Assembly: GCF_018977255.1 (NCBI RefSeq)
Contig: NW_024704742.1
Location: forward strand, 31,498,001-31,562,000
DNA: 64,000 bases
From: Callorhinchus milii
Lineage: Eukaryota
Direction of reading: 5' to 3'
Position numbers and translations under genes: made by a program. The notes below the pieces were generated by a model. The model worked only from the letters and a program-made list of their open reading frames with translations. It was not told the DNA's origin and did no database searches. How positions within the stretch are numbered: position 1 is the stretch's first letter; each line of letters opens with the position of its first letter. Shown here piece by piece: positions 39,026-52,043 of this stretch.

Positions 39026-42000
39026 AGTGATTGTGTAAATCCTTTCCATTAGTTGTCATTTATACAATTATACAACCTGCAAATTAAAACCCAGTAGCAC
39101 AGTGCACTGGCATGTTCTAATACACTCTTTTACCATGTTACACTGGTTCATAAATCACATGAACACAATTAAATAAGTGAATTAATTACAGTACTGTTCG
39201 TGAGACTCAATAACTAGATACCACTCTGCTATCACGCAGACAATTGTTACAGTCTTTCCTAAGATTGTCAGGCAGTTAACTTGCTGTTAATGTACTCAGT
39301 AAGCTAACAACTAAGAAAATGCCAATCAGCAATAATAATAATAACTCTTTCATTTGATAACGCCTTATCATGTCATTGAGACATCTCAAAGCACTTCACA
39401 GAATATACCGTAAAGTGAATTTGACAGTATATTTTGTGGGCGAAATGCAGCAGCCAATCCAGTGAAATAACACTGTCTGATGGTATGGCTTCAAAATCAC
39501 TTCTTCTGCAATATCATGAAGGTGACGTGCATCAGTAAAGTGACATATTACAGACAGAAGACATACAGACATATTGCAATGGTGATAATTCCTTATTGGA
39601 GGCTGAAACAGAGCAGACTGCTTACACAACTCTCAGCAATCCCAGGCAGTTTTAGCTTATCTGCCGATGGCACATTCACTGTACCCAGGCACTCTGTCAA
39701 ATGCTCTCACACACAATGATTAAACAATAGCCTGACAAAGGAACTGACATCCAACTTGAACAGGTATAAATGCTGTTGCAGAAACTATTTAATATGCAGT
39801 GTCACGAAATTTACTTTCATTTTATTTTTCCAACAAGAAATCCAATAACTGGACTGTTTAGATTACAATCAATGCATTTAAAAGCTCTTTCAAAATGGTA
39901 ATAATAATCTTTGAGTTTGATATAGTGCCTTTCATGTCCAAAGTACATCATAGGATTTATTGTAAAATGTAGTGACTGTATCTTATAGGCGAATGAGACA
40001 GCCAATTTGCACACGGCAACAACAACAACTTGCCTCTACGCCTGTTATAGCACCCCTCACTCAAGGTAGCGTCCCAGAGCATTGGAGCAATGATACAGGT
40101 GACTAATCTTATTTTGGAGATTGTTCAAGGTGAGAAACTCCATTCTCTTTTCACGTAATGTTCTGGGATCTGTAACTTCCACCTGTACAGGCAGTCGGGA
40201 CCTCAGTTTATAATCTCAACCGAAGGACACCACCTCTTCCAATTTAGTGTACCTCTAGCATTAGACTGAAGTGCAGTGTTTCAAATGTTAAAGTTAATTG
40301 AGGACAATTACAGTATATTGCACATTTATGGGTCTTATGTAGAAATAATATTTCTTGTACTTAATAGGGCACCTACTAGAATGTGAAAAAGAGCATTACA
40401 GGTATTTGCTGTCAAGTGTAGTGACTTGTATTTGCACGCAAATGAGCAGTCAGTTTGCACGTGGTGGTCCCACAAATATCAAGTGAAAGATCAGTTTACC
40501 TGGAAGATTGTTGGCCAATACAAAGTTATTTTCTAAATAGTGTCATTGGGTCATTTACGTTCACTTGAAGAACAAATAGACGGGACTTCAGTTTAACATC
40601 TTCACATACACCCAAACCGAATTAGGGGAGAGATTAAGAGAGGGAATTGGGAGGGACTGGGGGGGTTGGTTTGGTTGGAGTATAAGCTAATTTGGTCAAA
40701 TGGCCTGTTTCCATGTTGTAACGTTCTATGTAAATCTATCTGATCCAAAGTGTGTCATCCTGGTCCCATCTTGGGCCTTGAGCCCACATCCTTCTGACCC
40801 AAAGACAAATGTGCTACCAATTGATCCAAGTTGGCTGAGAGAACAAGGAGAATCATTTCACAAGAGAAGGCTGCCAATATCTGCAATATCTGCTCTTGAT
40901 ACAATTCCTTCGATCCTTGTTTTTTTCCACCGTTTCTTTTTCAGGTCTTTCATTCAACACCATAGCGGTTTTGTGGTTGCACATCTAAGGGAGTTGCTTG
41001 ATGACTTGAGTTCTGTTAGGGCCCCGCGTTTTATATTGCACCCCAAAACTCAGACCCATGTCAGCTTTCACATTTACCGTTGACAACTCAGCCCATCACC
41101 AGTTATTGAAACTGCTCTGCAATGCAGTGACTTAAGGTCCTTGTTCCCTTTGGCGATAACTTGTATCAACAAAGTCACCTTCATTTGTTTGTCATTTGTG
41201 TTTATTTCTATTTATGGCTGTCACTTTCAAGAAGATTGATGTCTTTTTGATGAAGTCATCCCCCACTGCTGGAGGCTTGTAAAATGAATGAGTGCATGAG
41301 GCCATTGGGGTTGGCTTTTATTACAAGCTAGCGGTTCAACACATCTGCTGTGATCCTCGGTCAATGATCCACCCCCCCACCCAAATTAACTGTTAGAACA
41401 TCATGACTGCTTCCTGTGACACAAAAGGTTTTACAGAGATTGGAAACAAAAACAAAATGGATATGTCTGGTCGGAGTTTCTCCATTTTTTAATGTTAACA
41501 AATGTTGCCTTTTGAATGGTGACTTTCCAAATGTCTGAATGAGTATGTGAACCATAGGGATCTAATATCACATCAGCTATAGCAAGACAAGAGCAAGAGG
41601 AAATGATTTGGGCCACTGAGCTTGCTCCGCCAAATTATGGCAGATTTTTAAAAAAATACTGTGTCCATTTATTTTTCTAATGTTCTCTACTATTGTATGC
41701 CTCTCTGCTCATGGACTGATCCACTCTTGTTGGGGTGTGGTTCCACAGGCACTGACTACCGTCTGGTACCCTGTCCAATTGGTCGTTGTTCACCTGTCAG
41801 CCTTGGCATTGAGAGTCAGCAGACCACTTGGCTCCAGAGGGTGTCACAGCTGAGTTTGATCTCTCCTCAACCAACCACAGACCATATAGCCAGTAAAGGG
41901 TGTTGCAGCAGAGATCTTCTGATCCCATTTCCCCACCTTTCTCCATATACCTCAACACCCTCCCTTCACAAATTCCCAGTGATTCTGACACTGTCATCTG

Positions 42001-42029
42001 CTGAAGCAATGCATTCCACATTGTTTCAT

Positions 42030-42800
42030 ATAAGAACATAAAAAATGCTAGATGAAAAAAGACCAAGGTCAATCTAGTCGCCTTCCACCATCCTGATGAT
42101 CACATGCACATATGTCCCAAACTACTTATGTACTATATCCCATAATGTTGTTTCCTAAAAGAAAAACATCTAATCTGTGTTTGAAAGAATCAACACTTCC
42201 TGCTTCAACCATCTCCCTAGGGAGCCTGTTCCACAGGTTCACTATTGGCTCACTGAAAATGGCATTCTGAATTTACCCTCCTTCAGTCGCAGGCTGTGTC
42301 CTCTGGTTCTACTATTCTGGACAAGTTGAAACAGCCTGTCATGATCTATATTGTCTTTCCCCTTTAGAATCTCAAAGACTGCAATCATGTCGCTTCTCAA
42401 TCTTCTCTTTTCCAGCGTGAACATGCTCAATTTACTTGGTCACTCCTCTAGTCCAGCCTTCCATTTCTTCAATCATTTTGGTTGCCCTCCTCTGTATTTT
42501 CCTGATTTCTCCAATATCCTTCTTGTACTGCAGCAGCCAGAACTGTGCACAGTATTCTAAAGTATGGTCTCACCAATGATTTATACAGTGGCAGGAAAAT
42601 GTTGAACATTTCACAATGACCTCACAACCATTGATAACTTTTACCATGCGAAGAAATGCTTCCTGATCTCACTTCTAATACCTCTTCTAATACCCCATAT
42701 TCTAAATTTCCCTGTCAGAGGGAAGAGTCATCCACGATCTATCTTATCGATTCTCTCCATTATTGTAAACTCCTTAATCAGATTACCCTTTAATGCTAAC
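42030..42800 (-). mobile_element. CR1-clade LINE 3' fragment(s)
   Basis: Encodes FTLEKRRLRSDMIAVFEILKG...RTRGHSLRL, the typical CR1 ORF2 C-terminus. Confidence 0.85.
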
Positions 42801-44451
42801 AACTGCAGAAAAAAACATTCTAAATTCAGACTGAATTTCAGAATTTTCTACTATTCTACGCAATCTTAAACTTTAAGAGAAATGGTTTTACAGGCTAAAA
42901 TTGGGTAGGATTTCAGGCCTCCAATGCTATAGAAAATGATGCAGTTGGAGACAATTATTTACACATTCCATTGCTGGCTGGAGAACCTCTTACAAACCAG
43001 GATAGGGTCAGTCAAGTTCTCAAACTTCTCCTGCCCCTTGTTGGGCTCACTGTCCTGTTCTCGGTGAGATTGACTGTGAGTCAAGCAGGAAGGAGAGCTG
43101 GGAATCAGGCGTTTAGAATACCATGGTTTCATCCCTTACGGCTGAGGGATTGGCCCATTCTGCTGCATGACATCTCCAAATACATTCATGAGTGAACTTG
43201 GCCTTCGGTTTGAATTTGAGGGAGGGGAGAGAGGAGCAGCAGTCAGCTACTACATCCCCAATCCTCTCTTAATTTTCCTTCTCCTCACTTTGATCCAACA
43301 ATTTAGTTTAACATGAGTCGACTTGTTTAGTCTATTTGTTCAAGTGGATGTTAAAGATCCTACGGCACTATTTGAAAAGAGAAGGGAGTTTAGCCCAGTG
43401 TCTGACTTGCAAATCCTGCAAATAAAAATTGGTCACTCATCCATGGCTCTTTGTGGGACACTGCTGTGCACTATACTAGCTGCATTTTCCCCACAAAACA
43501 CATAGTCACTCCACTTTACACTAAATCCTGTGAAGTGCTTTGAGACATCTCGATGACCTGAGAAGACAAGGGAGAGTGTGTGAGGTGGAGGGATTTGGGA
43601 GAGATCCGAAGAGTGGAGCCTTCTTTTTGCCCCTCATCCCCTCAGCCATTGCGCCCCAGAACTTTGGAACTCTTCTTCAATTCCTCTGTCTTGGCCCCTC
43701 CTTCCCCATTTTCAGATTGTGCCTAAAGACCTTTCTCTTAAATCATAATTTGGGTCATCTTCTCCGTCCCCCTGGCTCAGCATCACGCTCCGCCACTGTT
43801 AAGGTCGCCAAGACGCTACCTTGCATGAAGAGTGTTATATAAATGCTAATTATTGTAGTTGTTGACTGAATGTTGACCTAAAAACAGTCACTACACTTGG
43901 ACAGTGATTACACTTCAGTTTCAAGTGATAAAGCTTTCATAAAAAAACAATTTCTTCTTATATTTAACTTTGGTCTTGCAAATGATTTAAACAAATTTGT
44001 AGAACAACACTTCCCAGTTTATTAATTAATGTGTAACACCAGTGATATTTTATTTTATTCAGAACTCATACTGGCACATTTATATCCATTTGGCTGAGAC
44101 TTGGGCTCTCAGAGACGGCAAATGGAATGTAAAGTCTGCACTGTCTGTGTTGATGTATTGATATTCATCTCAATAGCGCTGATATCATTACAATATTTAT
44201 TAAGCGCTTAATAAATGCTGGCAGTTTTGTAATTGTTGGTCACTCTTACATCAGTGCTAATATTTGTTATAGTAAACATAAAATAAAGTCAGCGACTGGG
44301 GCAGAAGCATGCTGTGCCACATAGAATGCGATGCAGATTCAATTACCCCAGTGGTACTCTGTTACTGATCTAGGTTACATGGAGGTTGGAAGAATCAGAC
44401 AGAATTATCTTGGTACCAGTTCCATATGCTTTTGTATAGTCAGAGCAGCAC

Positions 44452-44593
<142 letters not shown>

Positions 44594-46140
44594 GTAGCCC
44601 GTCCACTACACGTTCAGCCACCCTCCCTGTTGAGTAGACAATAAGTCCATCTACCCACCCTATAGCGTAGGTCATTGGTTGATCTAGCCTATCTGTTGTG
44701 TACATTATCAGTCCATCCAGCTTACTCTTCCATCTATAGTGTAGAATTGTAGGCGATCAGTCCATCTAGCATGCACATAGTGTAGATCAGTGGTGGCCAA
44801 CCTTGGCCAACAAAATACATTTTCTTTATTGAGTATTTCTTGATTATGCCATTATTCAAGAAATATTCAATCAAGAAAAAAATGAAAACACACTAACGGT
44901 CGAACACGGACTTGCCAACACTTGTGAAATGTTTGGGAGATCACTTGTTGACAGCCCCATGGGTCATTCTGGCTCACGGGCCATCGATCGATTTAGCCTG
45001 TCTGCAGTGTAGACTATCTAGCTTACTAATAGCTGTCCATCTACCCTTCCCATGGTGTAGGCCATCAATCTATCCAGCCCACCCATAGCAAGAGGATTTT
45101 GAGATAATAATAATCCTTCCATTTGATAAAGCTCCTTTCACATTAAGAGGATGTCTCAAAGAGCTTCACAGGATATTCTGTAAAGTCGAATGACTGTGTG
45201 TTTTGTGGGCAAATGCCTGAGCCAATTTGCGCATGGGTATCTATGGTGTAGATAAAAAGCTGCATTATGGTTTGCTCAGCTAAAACTACAGTTTCGACCA
45301 AGCACAGAAATTTTGAATGACCGCACTTTTATTTTTAACAAGCTCAGTGCTTTATACTTCTCAAATCTAGGATTAACAGAAAGTTTGTGCCAAGCTGCAA
45401 GTCTACCACAATCTTGAAATATTCATGTGCTGTTAATAATAATAGCTGCTTATCACGTCGTTGAGACATCTCAAAGTGCTTTACAGAATATATTGTAAAG
45501 TGAATTAACCGTGCATTTTGTGGGCCATTTTGTTTCCACCTAACAGGTAAGCATGGCAATGCTGCACCTTCAAATTGTGTGAAAAATGTCATTACAGCAA
45601 GCTATAAACAAAAACATAAATAATAAAACATATAAGGACTGAATTTGATAAACTGCACAGTTTAGCAATAAAGTGACTAAAGTTGTTTTCCTGCTAGTTT
45701 GAGGTGCTTTCAAGCATAATATTTCTTGTCAAGATATCCTGGGTGTTGGATCAATTTGTTCTCATAAAAGTTGTTGTACATTTATAGGCCTGAATAACAG
45801 ATTTATATGACACAGCTAATGTATCGAAGTTAGCTGGTGCCTTTTGACTAAAGATTTTTAAGATTTCCTGGACCTCAAATGCCTACAAATCAAAACTTTC
45901 CTTTAAAAAAGTTAAACGTGGATTTGTGTTGAAACAGTCCCTGTTTTTGGCCTCGGAATCATTATTAAGGAATCTCTTCGGAATTGCTGCGCTTTAGATC
46001 CCATAATAGCAAATGCATTTTACATCAAATGTGCACACGTAGATCAATTGATTGTGGGATCAGATGCTTGAGACTGTCAGTGATCTGAAAGAGTTTATAA
46101 CTGTGTCCTTCTCATACTGTGACATAAATAGGAATGGACT

Positions 46141-46316
46141 GAAGTCTCTGGGAACACTCACCAGGTCAGGCAGCATCTATGGAGAGAGGAAACTGAGTTA
46201 ACCTTTCAGGTCGATGATCTTATGTCAGAACCTGACCTGCTGCCTGACCTGCTGAGTGTTCCCAGCCACTTCTGTTTGTGGTTCAGATTTCCAGCATCTG
46301 CAGTATTTTGTCTTTT
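46141..46316. mobile_element. Palindromic Penelope-type non-autonomous repeat
   Basis: 28-bp inverted repeat (46148-46175 / 46238-46265, 1 mismatch) and tail TTCAGATTTCCAGCATCTGCAGTATTTTG, recalled as typical of shark Penelope termini. Confidence 0.7.
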
Positions 46317-47869
46317 GCCTTTAGCCTGCCTTACTTCAGCTCGTTTTTGGCAACCATTCCCTTTTAAAAAAAAATTCTCTTGCAGGTAGGTTTATGGGGG
46401 GATTTTGTTTGTTATTTATGGAGATTGGTACATCTGGACTCTTATATTTTATTCAATAGATTTCAGTCATGTATCTTGCCTATTTTCGTTTGTCTACTGT
46501 CTGCATCACCATCTAGTGGCTAATTCTAGCAATCTACCCATGCAAATGAATTGATCTTTAACACTGACTGCAGTTGTCCAAGACTCTTTGATACAATGAT
46601 ATTAGACAAAAATCCATGAGGCAGATCTTGGCTCCTCCTTTCCAAACACGGGACAACCTAATCTTGGAATGAAATCTACTTCTAAATATTCATCTATTTC
46701 TTTTTAATTGTAGGGAAACTGAAAGCGAAGGAAAGAGTTTGTTTTATTAGCTTTTTGTAGTAATGTGACATTCTGAGGTCCTTACCCTTCTTATAGAAAG
46801 GCCTTATACAAATACTCACATCTTGTCTATCACCCAATGGCAATCCAGTCTAACCTGCAAGATCCATCTAATTCAACTTGTAATTGTAGCCTTGACAAAA
46901 TAAGCAAACCCCCTAGCACAGGGGAACAGAAAGAGATCTCCTCTGTGAAGCCTGGTAGTGTTCTTCATAAAGAATCCTATTACAATTTCCATTCACCTGC
47001 AGGAACTATTCTCAGAGTAGAATTAATGAGTTAATGTGACTTACTTGGAAGGAGTCTCACTTTGCACGACTCAGATTCCTTACTAAGGTATCCAGTTAAG
47101 GGAAACCGCAAATTAGGTCCACAGTTTACAAACATTCTTACTGTTCTGGGCAGCTGTTCAGTTATCTCAAGAGCAGGAAAACAGCTCGATATGTAGAAAT
47201 GTAGATACAAAGTGAGCATGCATGTTGCCCACTCACAGACACAAACAAAAATAAATGTCAGGTGCGTGGAAATGCACATTATCCACAAAAACAGGTGGTG
47301 TGAGTGGGCAGTTTCAGTAGCTGTCACTGGGATAAATTCTGATGTTCATTTGCTGTGGCTGTGATAACTGTAGCAGCAGAGGGTGTTCTTTCTCTTTTTA
47401 TTAAACTCTTTTTTGCAATAAACATTATTGTAAAAGAATAAATTGATACGAGCAGATTTCATTACATCATAATACTCTCCGGTATTTATAGCACTTGCAA
47501 GACACTTTACTTTCATGACCTGCCCCTTTAAGGAGTGAAGTGAGTAATTGCAATGGCAAATGGTGATGGTAGATATAATTCAGAACAGGCGAGTGATCCC
47601 CGCCTTTCGGCTCTTATAATTTAGTACTGTCTAATAGCCCACTTAGTGTGGGAAATGGATGTTGAATTCAGATGCTGATTCTGCCAAATATCCAACACTG
47701 AATGTTCCAAACTAACACATTAACACTGGGAGTTTTGAACAGACCAGAACTCACTCTACATCTTGGCTTGAGACGCAAATCCATTGGGAGTATTGGCTAG
47801 TGAGATCCAGCCTCTAATCTGGTGTGCCTCAAAAATAATCTCTGCCTATCGCCTTATCACAGCGTTTAA

Positions 47870-48218
47870 AATGACACTCCAATGCAGTTCTGGGGGGGAG
47901 TTGCGTTGTCAGAGATGCTGTCTCTCGGATGAGATGTTAAACTGAGATCCCGTCTGTCTGTTCAGGTAGATGTTAAAGATCTCATGGCACTATTGGAAAA
48001 GAGAAGGGAGTTTCTCCCGGTGTCCTGACCAACAATCCCCCAAATAAACTTGGTCACTCACTTCACGGCTGTTGGTGGGACATTGTTACGTGCAAGAGGC
48101 TGCCGCGTTTCGCCCGCAAAATACAGTCAATCTACTTTACAATATATTCTCTCAAGCGCTTTGAGATGTCTCAACGACGTGATAAGGCACTATATCAAGA
48201 GCAAGGATTATTATTATA
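47870..48218 (+). mobile_element. Deu-domain-like SINE, 5'-truncated, just beyond the myl5 3' end
   Basis: Same central domain (GATGTTAAAGATCTCATGGCACTATTGGAAAAGAGAAGGGAGTTTCTCCCGGTGTCCTGACCAA) and tail. Confidence 0.75.
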
Positions 48219-48292
48219 AACAGACTATGGAACTGGTCACTGAAGACAGAAACTAAAGACACATTTTTGCTTATTCACTGTTCACATTTTGG

Positions 48293-48298
48293 TTTATT
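48293..48298 (-). terminator. myl5 polyadenylation signal (AATAAA)
   Basis: AATAAA on the minus strand about 75 nt after the stop, followed by TGTGTCTTT. Confidence 0.75.
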
Positions 48299-48370
48299 CA
48301 CTGTTGATGCAAGCTGGTGGTGGAAACAATATAGCAATGCCAGGGGTCGAGGAAGTGGAGGTGACTTTGT

Positions 48371-48472
48371 TTACTCTTCCTTTTCTTCACCGTGTGTGAT
48401 GATGTAGCAGAGAGATTTGTAGTCCAGATTACCAGCTGAATCTATCGGGGAGGATTGGTACATCTGGTCAAC
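48371..48472 (-). CDS. myl5: myl5 coding exon 7 (102 nt including TAA)
   Basis: Encodes VDQMYQSSPIDSAGNLDYKSLCYIITHGEEKEE*. Total CDS is 522 nt, or 173 aa, with no frameshift. Confidence 0.95.
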   Translation of the reverse strand, partial: VDQMYQSSPIDSAGNLDYKSLCYIITHGEEKEE

Positions 48473-49287
48473 CTGCAGAACATGGAATAAAGGAAGTGGG
48501 GGAGGCATTACAATATAGACTATCTCCCGGGAGAAAGCTCCACACAGAAACTTCCTAAACTCTAAAGTCTACAAAGCAAAGCTACACGATATTCTTCAAC
48601 ATCACTTTGCTTCTATTCAAACCTAATCCTTCTGCTCAGGTCCCCCCCAGGTCCCAGCAGCCAATAATATTTGTGGAGAAATTCCTCCTGAGTATTTACT
48701 GAAATACGCAGTACAGTTCAGTACAGTTTACAGCAGTTTACAGCATATCCTGTGAAGTACTTTGAGACGTCTCAATGATATAATCACATGAAATTATTAT
48801 TATTGTTCTATTTTCTTTGCCCTTCAGAGCATGCAGACATTGATAAAGTGTTGCATTCAGGCTTATTATTGAAACTGTTTTCCCCTAGTTCTTAAAAGAA
48901 CTTACAAAAACATTGGCATCAAAATGAAGGCCGTAGGTAAGAATTTTTCTCAACTTCTGAATATTCTGAAACGCTAAGTCAGTCTAGATCCAGATGGAAT
49001 TTCTACCACATTTCTAGAACATTTATGCTTTTATACTTAAGCCAATGCAAAATCCCAACATAAATGCTTCTAGATACAAAACTTCCAGTGTAGGTGCGTA
49101 TTGATGTGTCCTGCAGTTGAATGGAACTGCTTATCAGCAGATGAGCTGTGCTGCCACAGCCTTTGCTAACAGATGCATAGTGCACAATAGAAAGGGGCAC
49201 GGAGAGCAAATTGCTCTTGGTTGGTGACCTACAGAGATAAACGTGTATTTTCAAAAAAAAAATGAAGGAATCGGGGTGCGTACAAAC

Positions 49288-49336
49288 CTCTTCTGCAGTA
49301 AACCTGTCGGCTTGTGTCATTAGCGAGCGTTTTAAC
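49288..49336 (-). CDS. myl5: myl5 coding exon 6 (49 nt)
   Basis: Encodes LKRSLMTQADRFTAEE. Acceptor CTATAG, donor GTTTGT. Phase is consistent with the flanking exons. Confidence 0.93.
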
Positions 49337-49399
49337 CTATAGATAAAATGGGAAGGTGACATTCAAAAACTGAGCATTGCAAACAACAAGAACAAATTA

Positions 49400-49780
49400 T
49401 ATTGATATAGAGCTTTTCGCATAGAGGACGAGCAAAGGTGCTGGACAATGGGGGGTTTGTACTCGAGCTGAGGTTTGGTATCAGAGAGGGGTGGAGGGCA
49501 AGCAGGGTGGAGGAGGAAGGATGACTGAAGGCACAGTCGAAAAGAAAGGTCTTGAGATGGACGTTGAAGGAGGCAAGGGAGGGGGTGAGGCGGAGGGGCA
49601 GAGGGTGGGGGCAGAAAGGCTGAAGGCCCGACCACCGATAGTGGAGTCAGCAGGGCAGGGAATGTGGAGCAGGCCAGTCCCTGGAAAGCGAAGGGAGCGG
49701 ACAGGTTGTTCAATAGGTCACTGAGGTAGGGAGGAGCAAGACCATGGAGGGCTTAAAAGTTAAGGACAAGGATTTAGAAG
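49400..49780 (-). mobile_element. L2 LINE 3' fragment in myl5 intron 5
   Basis: Reverse-complement similarity to 62800-63190. Confidence 0.75.
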
Positions 49781-49817
49781 AATAGCCAACACGGAGTGAA
49801 GTGAGAGGGGCACATAC

Positions 49818-49896
49818 TCTTCTTTGTTGATGTTTCCTTTGGCTTCGGGGTCAAACATTTTGAATGCGTTTATCAGCACTTCTTCTGGATCGGAAC
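49818..49896 (-). CDS. myl5: myl5 coding exon 5 (79 nt)
   Basis: Encodes [25 protein letters not shown]. Acceptor ATACAG, donor GTATGT. Confidence 0.95.
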
Positions 49897-49988
49897 CTGT
49901 ATCAATAATAAGACGACCACAAGGTTAAAGGGATCCGGATCCAGGGATGGGAGAGGTTTAATCACTGTGAAGCAACAAACAGACGAAC

Positions 49989-50093
49989 CATGTAGCTTCG
50001 CTCCAAATAGATTTAAAAACATGGTAAAGTTGATCGGTCCCGTAGCTTCTTGCAACATCGATTCCAGCTCGTCATCTTTTACGTTGAGTTTGC
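49989..50093 (-). CDS. myl5: myl5 coding exon 4 (105 nt)
   Basis: Encodes [34 protein letters not shown]. Acceptor TTTTTAG, donor GTTCGT. Confidence 0.95.
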
Positions 50094-50407
50094 CTAAAAA
50101 AGAACAGAAATACTTTTGGTCGTTCTGGAAGTAGAGAAAGAGCGCAGAGCAAGACAATTCCTGTTTGCATCTCCATAATTTCAGAAATTACACTCAACTG
50201 AAATGGAAGAGAAAAGTGAAATAACATTTTTAAAAAAGGCTTAACTCAAGGGAGGATAGGCCGGTTTATCAGGATGGTGGAAATAAAGCAATGCTATTTT
50301 GGATACCAGTAGTACTGAACATCAAAATATTCACCCAAGAGCTTCATTGTTATGTGGACCCACTACCTCAGTAAATTCAGTGCCTCCTTTATATGTTTTG
50401 CACAAGT

Positions 50408-50590
50408 GGAGTCCTTTAGCGTCTTGGTTTGAGCACTCGCCTCCAAACCGAGATGACTCGATTTCGATTCCCGGGCAGTGCAAAACCATGGGTAAGTTTC
50501 CTTACTCCACACGCCTCTGTTTACCGAGCAGTAAGTAGGACCCCGGTTGTTAGCTGATTGGCGGATCGCTTTCCGGGGGTAGTAATCCCT
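50408..50590 (+). mobile_element. 5' part of a tRNA-SINE in myl5 intron 3
   Basis: Head with GTTTGAGCACTCGCC...TTCGATTCCCGG plus the start of the body. Confidence 0.8.
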
Positions 50591-50803
50591 TTGTTATAAA
50601 ATTAAAATTATAAGTGTTGCTCCCGTCTACAGTATCTGTACACAGGAATTGGCATAAACATTGTTCTCAATTTACTTTACAGAAACTTTTAACTTATAGA
50701 TACTCTGTGAAGCCCTTTGAGATATTCCTCATATTACAGTCGTCACACCAAATGCACACACAATTATTATTATTATTTATTGCTGATCTGAAGCAGCATT
50801 TAC

Positions 50804-50879
50804 CCAGGGAGGCATAAGTATCTTTCAAATCCTCCTTGTCAATGAAACCATCTCTGTTCTGGTCAATCAATGTGAAAGC
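50804..50879 (-). CDS. myl5: myl5 coding exon 3 (76 nt; EF-hand 1)
   Basis: Encodes [25 protein letters not shown]+G with an intact EF-hand loop [16 protein letters not shown] boundaries. Confidence 0.96.
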
Positions 50880-51790
50880 CTGAAGAGAAAGAAAATGGGA
50901 ATAAAAACCCAACAGGTTTAGAAACACCCGCTGGATATGGAATAACACTTCACATTTAAGTCTCATAGTTATTCTGCTGTCTCTGATCAAACACTGCACT
51001 GCAAAACTGTCTGCTTCTTTATAATTTAGTTTGGTGGAAGATTCCTTCAATTCATATGGAATATATTAACAAATTATCGATATTTTTTAACCAACATAAT
51101 AAAAAAGCAAATCTATTTAAACAGTAGGCTATATTTTACCAAGATAAAACCGTAAGAATTGTAACAACCAGTAACAATGAAGCAGTAACAATAACACATA
51201 TTCAGATCGTTAAAAAGGTAAATTTACTATGTATGTCGACAGTTTCTGCAATTTATTGTCCGTATTTGAGGCGGTGTTGACAGCTCCACAAATAAGAAAC
51301 TAACTACCCTGAACACCAAGAATGTCAGCTTGTTTGGTAACGAAATTGGGCAGCTGTTGAAAAAGAACTGCATTAAACTAAAAGGCGGTGTGCATCAGGA
51401 TTTTTCAAACAGCAGAATTTTCTCTTCTCTATTTAATGATCTTCTTCCCTCTCAGGTTTTGACATTTGACATCATTCAGTCCTTTAATCACCATTTGCCC
51501 TCCTGCTCTTCATTTCACCTCCTCTCTTGTTTTCCTTTTTTTCTCTTGACACTCTCTCTCTCTGTCTTTCTGTCTTTCTCACTCATGGCTGTCTGTGGGA
51601 CATTCACAGGATATATCCCACTTAACAATATATATATCCTGTGAAGCACTTTGAGAGGTCTCGACGACATGATAAGGCGCTATGTCAAATACAAAGATTA
51701 TTATAATTATATTTACTTCCTGTCTGTCTCTCTCCCTCTCTCACACACATACATTTTAGATCACTCATCATCTAGAAACAGTTGCTTTAC

Positions 51791-51898
51791 TTCTTTGAAT
51801 TCCTGGATCTGAGTTTGCTCAAAGCTGGAGAACACATTGGACGAAGCTCTCTGGGCTCGCTTGGCGCCTCCCTCCTTCTTTTTGGTCTTTCTGCTGGC
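51791..51898 (-). CDS. myl5: myl5 coding exon 2 (108 nt)
   Basis: Bounded by AG and GT. Encodes ASRKTKKKEGGAKRAQRASSNVFSSFEQTQIQEFKE, nearly identical to the mammalian MYL5 N-terminus (MASRKTKKKEGG...). Confidence 0.95.
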
Positions 51899-51997
51899 CT
51901 GGAGTGCAAATAAAATGAAGAAATCACAGAGTCAGAGATCAATCCATTCTGACCGACTGCAGCCAAAGCAACCTGACTTCCATCACTCTGAACTCAC

Positions 51998-52000
51998 CAT
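51998..52000 (-). CDS. myl5: Myosin regulatory light chain 5, coding exon 1 (ATG only)
   Basis: AAGC-ATG|GTGAGT. An ATG-only first coding exon is typical of sarcomeric RLC genes. A TATA box lies about 45 nt upstream. Confidence 0.9.
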
Positions 52001-52043
52001 GCTTGCCTGTGCCCCTGTGTTGCTATGTGTCCCAGGGCTGTGG

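Noticed and set aside
48371..52000. Assignment of the light chain as MYL7 or MYL2
   Set aside because: The N-terminus, [10 protein letters not shown], the 173-aa length and adjacency to atp5me all favour MYL5, although the C-terminal LCYIITHG is shared with other sarcomeric RLCs.
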